Of a stretch of DNA of 43,598 nt, positions 36,095-43,598 are shown in pieces. Position 1 is the first letter of the stretch; every line of letters starts with the position of its first letter. Both the position numbers and the translations under genes were made by a program. The notes beneath the pieces were generated by a model. That model was not told the origin of the DNA. It saw nothing but the letters and a program-made list of their open reading frames with translations, and did not search any database. The stretch comes from Nemertoderma westbladi (Eukaryota; Animalia; Xenacoelomorpha). The stretch lies in the NCBI GenBank assembly GCA_032718475.1, contig JAUCBJ010006997.1, positions 1-43,598 on the forward strand. The letters run 5' to 3'.

Positions 36095-37340
36095 TATATC
36101 TCCCCAGCTGTTCAAATAGGACCTTTTATTTTTGCAGAAAGATTACAAAATAAATAGATTTTCTATTTGAGTAGGTCATTATGACAAAAAATTACCAGAT
36201 TAAACTCTGTAGTCGAATAACTTTTTCAAATTATAATATTATTACTTAAATAATATTCAAAGAACATTGATTATATTAGGTAGAAATTAATTAGCACTAA
36301 TAATGAATATTACGTAATCGGAATCACAGCTGCACAGTAACAAATTTAAGGTAAATAAAAATGCGCAATAATTTAGAGCACAATATCGTATCGCTCAGTT
36401 GTACGTTCGTGTGCTACCGACACGGCACCAAATCAAACTTCAGTAAACTATATAGTGACACGAGTGGCTACGGTGGTATGTGTTGGCTCCATGGGTACCA
36501 CGAGATTTTATAAAAGGTTCCGCAAAAATACATATTTATTGTAACAAAATAGGTGTATAGGTGGGAAATAGGTGGCTTGTGATAATAATGAAAATGTGAC
36601 AATGTAAAAAGCAGCGGTGAAAAATAACAATGTGAATCAAGTCGACTACCGATAGTAATTGTAGTTTGGAATGTTCGGACACAGAAATCCTACAAATAAT
36701 TGATAATTTTTAAAATAAATGTTACGAATTTAATTATACAAGAACCGGTATTTAATAATAATCACCCGAACGTAACGGAAACACCAACAGAAACCATCCA
36801 ATACTAGACTACTGATAACTCTGAACCGCTGTTAACCATATAATAATCAAAAGGTTAAAGAGTTTAACAATTTGTTGTTGTTTTGTTATAAATATTTATG
36901 GCGAGCAATATATTATTATGATAATGACACCGAAACTGTACAGAGTGTTATGTACAGATATATTCTTATTCTATGACAAACAATTAAAAAAATTAATAGA
37001 TTGGGTAGGTAATTAAAATAGCTTTAAGTACTACAATGAAACAGATTGGATTCAAAGCACTGGTTATTGAAATGGAACTGGCAGCGTAAATGTGATATAT
37101 CGGTGTCTGATATTATTTAAACGATACTGAAATTAATCTATCGTGCTATTATATTAATAATAATACGGTAATAATGTCATCTACCAGGCGTTATAATAGC
37201 ACAAAGAATAATAATATAATCAGCGTGTACGGATTTTAGGTAGAGCAGATTGTGTGAACAAATAAGTACAAAGTTCCAACAATTACTTATTTATAAAAAC
37301 AACGATTATGTAAAAGAAAAACTTCCTTTATCTGTTTATA

Positions 37341-37868
37341 TTACCCATCCAGGGTTTCCCTATCGAATATATATTCTCCCAGCCCATCTCCGACCCTCTT
37401 TAGATTGGTTATATGATCCCCGAGTTCCTTAATCGACTTAACCTGCTCCTCCAGGTATTCCTCTTCGATAAAGTCGCAGAATTGCGCGTCGTTATGTTTG
37501 CTGGCTATACCGTGCAACTCCAACAGGGCCGTATTCACCTCCCGCTCCAACTCCAAGGCGGACTGCATCGCGCTCAGTCCCGTACCCCAGTCGTCCTTGG
37601 ATGGCTTCTTGATATCGGACATAACGCAACGACCGCCCCGTTTATTCTGGTACGCCATAAACTTATCGGCGTGTTCGCGTTCCTCTTCCGATTGCTTTTT
37701 AAAGTATTTTGAGAATCCCTTTAGCGCCACATCGTCGCGGTCGAAGTAGGAACCCATCGACTGGTAGACGTAACTCGCGTAGAGTTCCATGTTGATTTGT
37801 TTATTCAACGCATTTTCGGATTCTTCGTGGAAGTTTTGTCGACATTGCGATGTTGTTATGGATGACAT
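37341..37868 (-). CDS. Ferritin (cytosolic, H/soma type), intronless CDS
   Basis: [84 protein letters not shown]; ferroxidase residues present; no signal peptide. Confidence 0.98.
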   Translation of the reverse strand: MSSITTSQCRQNFHEESENALNKQINMELYASYVYQSMGSYFDRDDVALKGFSKYFKKQSEEEREHADKFMAYQNKRGGRCVMSDIKKPSKDDWGTGLSAMQSALELEREVNTALLELHGIASKHNDAQFCDFIEEEYLEEQVKSIKELGDHITNLKRVGDGLGEYIFDRETLDG

Positions 37869-38337
37869 TATGAATTTCGATGGAAACTGTAATGCTTCTT
37901 GGATTTATAGTGATTAAAATTAATTAGGCCTACTGAATTAGTGAATTGCTACTACAGTATAGTAGGCCTACTACATTACCGGTACCGGTATAAAATTAAA
38001 GTTATTACTGTATTATAGGACTGAGTCAGGGTCACTGGGTGTAAACGATAAGCAGAAACCGACAGACGCCTACGACAAATACAGAAATATGAAACTGTAA
38101 CCTGTGTTCTTGTCCCTTATTTCAGTATTTATTGTTTTGGTTAAAGCCTGTAACACATGTTGATGTTCCTTACCCTCAATTAATAATCTAATGAATTTAA
38201 TGAAATTAATGAATTATATAATTAATATAATTAACAATAAGTTGCATCTGCCATCCGCTTTGGTTACTGGTATTGCATTTCTAATGACCCGCGGGCACTA
38301 AATTCCATACTGCCATAGACATTAGGCCTAGTGCAGT

Positions 38338-40393
38338 CAGTGCCGGATTAACCTTAAGGCATATAAGGCACGTGCCTTAGGGCCAGCCGAAAATCCGGGC
38401 CATTTTTTTTTGCAAGTCATTCCTGTAAAAAAAATATTTTTATCTGAAAAGTCCGGAAACGGAGCAAGAAAGTGCATCTTTCGACTACTTTCTATCCCTA
38501 AATTTGTGATAGAAAGTGCAAAATTATAGCTCAGTCGACCGACAGGTGCTGTGTTATTAGTTCGAGACCTGATGGCAGAGAAATAATAAAACATGGGCAG
38601 TAAAACTTTAAAGTGCTAATTATGAACAATGGAGAATTTAATTTTATCTATTTGTGGGGAATTATTTGTAGTTATATGCTCTTAAACTTTCTAGAACAAC
38701 CAAATAATGACATACTGGAAATACTGTACATAGTAAATGTATGGCGTGTAGATATGGTAGTGCGAAATTAATTTTTTTTCACCGGAAACTAGTTTTATAA
38801 ACATAGGCCCTAATAGATAAAAAAAAAGGATAAATTAGTTGTAGATAAAATAGTTGTTGATAAAAAAAAGAAATAATTTCAGAAGTAACTTCTTGTCACT
38901 ACTGTAACTTAGTTTAACTGAAATTCGGATGTTCTGCCCTCGTGTATTGAATTTTGCATTCGATGGCATTTTAGGTGCAATTCCTGCAAAACCTAAAACT
39001 CTCGGACAGCACAATTGAATTGGGGTAAATTAAAATTAGCGACAAAAAGTGCTTATTTCCGAGACTGTTCTCTTATCGAAGAACATTACTTTCTCAGCAA
39101 GTCCAAATATAGATCAGAAATATTATATCTTTGCACTAAGCCCACACTTACTGTGTTTTATTTCTCAGCAACTCCTGTAAAGATAAGTACCCTGCGAAAC
39201 CTACAGCAAATAAATAACACATTCCCAAGATCCGATCAAAATTGCTAAATGCCTACAGCTGTACAGGGGCCAGTCTGCCTTAAGGGGGCCAACTATAACC
39301 CCGACAGAAATGAAATTTTCGAAAATTTACACAATTTTTTGTAGTTTGATAGAAGGGCTTTCATAAGGTGATGTCGGTTTTCAAAAGTGAATTATATTTT
39401 GACCTCAAAACTGCTCTTTTCAACAACATAATATATTGCGGATATTTATGACTCTCTGTATAAAACAACCTTTTTATCAATTTGTCGATTTTTTACTTTT
39501 TTCATCACTAAATTCCCTACTATATACTATTTCATTTTTTACTCATTGTCATCCAATATACAAAATGTTCGGCAGCTTTAGGACTACTATCGTTGGTTTT
39601 TAAAACATGGCCATTTGGATCTTCTAGAACCGATTTTGTAACTGCTACACTTTGTCTATAACAAAATATTTATTCTCAAAATATAGCCCGGAAATACTAA
39701 AACCCCCCTAAATTTTTCAAAAACAATAATTTTGTGCTAAAATTATCATAGAAGATAGCCTACATTTTTAGGTCCATTTTACCAAAGTCTTGGACCAAGA
39801 ACTTCAATGCAGGGTATTACAGATCCTTAAACATGAGCTAATTTACATAGAAATGCCACAAATTTATAGAATTTTTGAAAAAACCGACCTGCTCAAAAAG
39901 CGCCATATTTTTCGAACAAACGGTTTATGAAGCTATCTATACTCAGTTTTAATAGTATATATAAGATCACAGATAATTGTATTAAAGTTTCAGAATAGTA
40001 GCTTTATAAATAAAACAAATAGATTTGGGGTAATGGTCCCATTAATATATTAAAAATTAAAGCTTGAGAAGTTCTACCAAAACCATTACACATTTTATAA
40101 CAAAGGTTTTATAGGCATAATATGCCGTTTAGTAATGTTACAATTCTTGATGAAAACTATTTTTGCGAAGTACTTATTATTAAAGTACTTATTACAGTAT
40201 TACTTATTTGCACGCAGTAATCCGACGAAAATACTTTATATTTCCTTCACAACATTTTCACAATTTCAGTTGTTTTTAGCAGCTTTTTCTTTTGAAAGGG
40301 TTTGCGGAAAAATATAAATTTTCGGGCCATTTTTGGAAATTACTAAAATGTGCCTTACAGCCTTAGGGCCACCAGAGGCTTAATCCGGCACTG
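38338..40393. mobile_element. Non-autonomous hAT element (2056 bp) with 8-bp TSD
   Basis: TIR CAGTGCCGGATTAA / TTAATCCGGCACTG; exact TSD AGTGCAGT at 38330-38337 and 40394-40401; subterminal GCCTTAGGGCC at both ends. Confidence 0.92.
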
Positions 40394-41780
40394 AGTGCAG
40401 TAGTGCTAAAATAAAAATTCTGGGTCATCCACTACAGCACTAAGGCGCCTACTGTACCGTAGTGGTCCAACAGAAACATATTATAAATCATAAATGGTTA
40501 TAATGGAGGAAAGAAAAGCGGAACAAAAGGAGCGTTGTTGGTTTCCAGGTTTACCCTATTACTGTAAAGTCAAGCGAAATACCAGCCAGCGTGTTACTGT
40601 GTTAGGCCTATTGCAGTATTGCTACTAATTTAGTATTTCATGTGCTACTGCAGTACTGTACTGTACACGCAGCTAAGAGAAGAAGAGGACAAATTTGAGA
40701 ATTACACAGCATGTTATAGGCCTATTTAAAATAATACGGATTGTTGTGTAACTTGTAACAGTACCAAATTTTCCGGTTGCTGCTACCAAGGTAATAATTA
40801 CACAGCAGATGATGGTATTGACACATGGGAGGACCAGAATACGTGTAAATTGCAGACATACACGCTTTTTTATGTTTTTAATCCGTAGGCTTACAGGGCC
40901 AAGGGGTTCTAAATAATAGATACAAGGTATCAGGTAGAATTTGCAGGTCTACCTTTTATTTTACCTGAGCCGCTAACAGAATGGTTAGAGCGTCAGACTT
41001 CCAGACAAATATATATGCTGTATGATTCTATTACAGTTTCCGGTGGCGCGGTGGCGGCGTAGCAGCAGGCTGCAGCCTGCTCCTCACAGCAACCTCACAA
41101 CAGAACAGGTTTAAACTTGCGTCCAAAATGTATTCTGTATTCTACGTGTAAATCTACAGAATGGCAGTTATGTGTGTCGTAACTTGAAGTTAATATATGG
41201 CTGATTGGCTAAAAGCTCCAACTTATACAACAACAAAGTTCACAGAGATTAAAAAGCTCTGTGTAAATATCACAAACTAAAACGTCCAATAGCAAAAGTC
41301 AAAGTTATACTTATCTTCAATGTATTCATCCTTCTGTAGTTGAATTAATATTTATAAAACAAATATTGTAGACTACAGGGAGAACATAAAAATTAAAGAT
41401 GCAATAGATAACAACAATGACCTTGATGAGATGACGCAATGTCATGATTAAGATAACACGGGACTGGGATCCGGATGGTTGGATGCAGTTATAGTTGTAA
41501 ATTACTGTATGTGACCTACAGTACAGTATAATGTTTCAAAACGGTTTTAAGATTCGGACTCTGCAGATGAAGGCGGTTCTAATGATATCTAAGATTACCT
41601 TCCAGAGTCGAAAATAAACCCAACAGAGATGGTAACATGTTCCTAGATAGATATTTTTTAACGGTGTATTTATTAAATTATAAATTAATCTGATATTGCT
41701 AAAAAATAATAATGTTAGCGTTGGATTGTTTTGGTAATGATATGTAATAATTTTTGTGCGATACTGTAGCCTACAGTACT

Positions 41781-41910
41781 TACGGTGGCTGAATTGTGCC
41801 ACTTAATACTTTTTTTTATTTTTTTTTTGAAGCGACTTTTTGGTCGACCAAAAAGTCCCTTAAAAAAATAAATAAAAAAAAGTATTAAGTGGCACAATTC
41901 AGCCACCGTA
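41781..41910. mobile_element. 130-bp near-perfect palindromic MITE (IS3EU-type ends)
   Basis: TACGGTGGCTGAATTGTGCCACTTAATACTTTT...GGTCGACC...AAAAGTATTAAGTGGCACAATTCAGCCACCGTA, flanked on both sides by AGTACT (6 bp). Confidence 0.85.
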
Positions 41911-43029
41911 AGTACTTGTATAGCGAATCTTGAGATAATAATTAATAGAACCAAAAGTCTATCATTAACAACCCTATTTAAAATTTGATTTAATTAAAAT
42001 TTAAAAACAACCCTAAAAAAATTTTAAATTTAAAATATAATATATATATATCAAGTCCCAGGCGGCGCGGCGCAGGGGCGCCGGAAGCACGGGGGCAGCT
42101 GCCCCCCCTGCCCTTACGACAGGGGGGCAGGGGGGGCAGCAATGTGCCCCTCCAGAATTAACTCACACAACGGAAACGGCCCACACTATCTGACTATTAA
42201 TTAATATATGTAAAATCGTTGCAAAAATGTTAAAGTTACATTAGCAGCCAGACCAGATAGGATTCACTGGTGGCCAAAGGAAGGTTAACTTTAGCTAAAT
42301 ATAAGAAGACTCCATCTAATCCATCTAAATGTTGTAGCCCTAAGCCATATTACCAATAATGACCCCCCCCCCCCCCCCCCCAACCTCGGCCCAGTCCTCC
42401 TCCGTGTATGATATAAAATCAAGTTCATAGAAAGCCAGCCTATCTCTACCACAGCATAGTAGTCTGTATATGGCCTTGTGACTTGGACAATGGAAGCAAG
42501 GGGAGACTAATTGACCACAGATGTTCAGCACGGTGCGTACAGTGTACAATTGGGAACAGCTTTAACTCCACCTATGTTCAATATACCAATGTAAGATACA
42601 TGTACCTACCTCAATAGTGATGTAATCTTATTGAAGGGCACTACAGGTGCACGAGGCCAATATGTGGTCTGATTGGACACTATGGACAGAGTTGTTTAAG
42701 TCGCTGGTTATGTATAATGTATGCAGTTATTATGTAATAACAGTTCTGTTAATCGTTTTGTCAGATTTCATACTGTCATATTGGCGTCATAATCATAATA
42801 TTATTACTGTTTATTACTGAAGATTTCGATTTATTAATTATTATAATTAATTAATAATATATAATAAATAAAATAAATTATTACAATTATTACGTTTACT
42901 GCACCATATTTGGTTTTAATTTTCTTTTTATGATATGATATTACAAAATGTTTTATGTTTTAGCGAGGTTAATACAGGGTCGAGAGAATATTGAAAAAAA
43001 AATTCAACTTTTTTTTTCTATTTAATAGG

Positions 43030-43598
43030 CTGTTCGCGCTTTCAGACCTTTGGCAGTTTAACCCGCCAAATTAGAATGTCTTCTAGATAATAAATCGCTT
43101 TTTAGTCTATGACAAGTATTTGATTCACTACACTAGTCGAAACCAATCCGTGCGCGACCATTCACCCGCTGGATATTCCCGGGAGATTGGGTTCGACGGT
43201 TTAATTTTTATTGCTATGTAAGCCTAATGTATTATTCGACTGACAGTAATATATAATCTCTGACAATATTATTCACCTTCGGTAATATTAACAGTTCCTT
43301 TAGGACGTGGCGCTTTATCTATATAAACAGAGTTATGACTTAAACTACTCACAACGATATGGCTTAATTATAATTCACATATATGGCGCATTCTTTAGGA
43401 ATTGCTTCTTTAACAGACTCACTCATACACAATGCTGCACAATACTGCACACTAATCTGCCAATCTTCACTGATTTTAGTCACATATAAAAGGAACACAG
43501 GCTGACTCATGTAGGGTCTATCAAATAACATTAGATTCACTTCAAACCACTTTAACATAAGTCACAATCGTTTATCTGTAACCCTTCTCTCTTACCTT
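43030..43598 (+). repeat. Dispersed repeat, copy 2 (runs off the window end)
   Basis: Colinear, diverged match to 149-722. Confidence 0.85.

Noticed and set aside
40645-40690. Possible distal ferritin IRE (minus strand TCTTAGCTGCGTGTACAGTACAGTAC)
   Set aside because: Lacks the CAGUGN loop and the paired upper stem.
42058-42155. GC-rich hAT-like MITE end (CAGGGGCGCCGGAAG...GGGGGGCAG)
   Set aside because: No matching opposite terminus or TSD found; left unannotated.
149-43598. One giant 43-kb LTR-bounded element carrying host genes
   Set aside because: The two repeats are heavily diverged, and the interval holds ordinary host genes and unrelated TEs.

Overview
AT-rich, repeat-dense invertebrate animal genomic DNA; the species cannot be fixed from sequence alone. 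It carries three host genes: a spliced GnRH/corazonin-superfamily neuropeptide precursor (predicted mature peptide ANGFTGASNWFPG-amide; exons 4891-5079, 8426-8494 and probably 13049-13168), an intronless PSMD7/Rpn8 (30669-31721 +) and an intronless ferritin (37341-37868 -). The rest is mostly mobile DNA: a decayed Ty3/Gypsy element, RTE- and CRE-type LINE fragments, tRNA-derived SINEs, many TIR elements with readable target-site duplications (MULE-, hAT- and IS3EU-type) and a ~47-copy 71-bp satellite. The most unusual signal is a ~140-nt minus-strand element at 19068-19207. In it a type I hammerhead ribozyme with a minimal palindromic stem III sits between Pol III A- and B-box-like motifs and is followed by a T6 terminator. 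A decayed relative is inserted in the Gypsy pol gene at 23711-23832, which suggests a mobile retrozyme/SINE family. There is also a frameshifted GTSF1/Asterix-like CHHC zinc-finger relic (21512-21788) and an unexplained, possibly viral, cluster of decayed ORFs (27120-28420). All alignments and counts were done by eye, and family assignments rely on recalled motifs rather than database searches.
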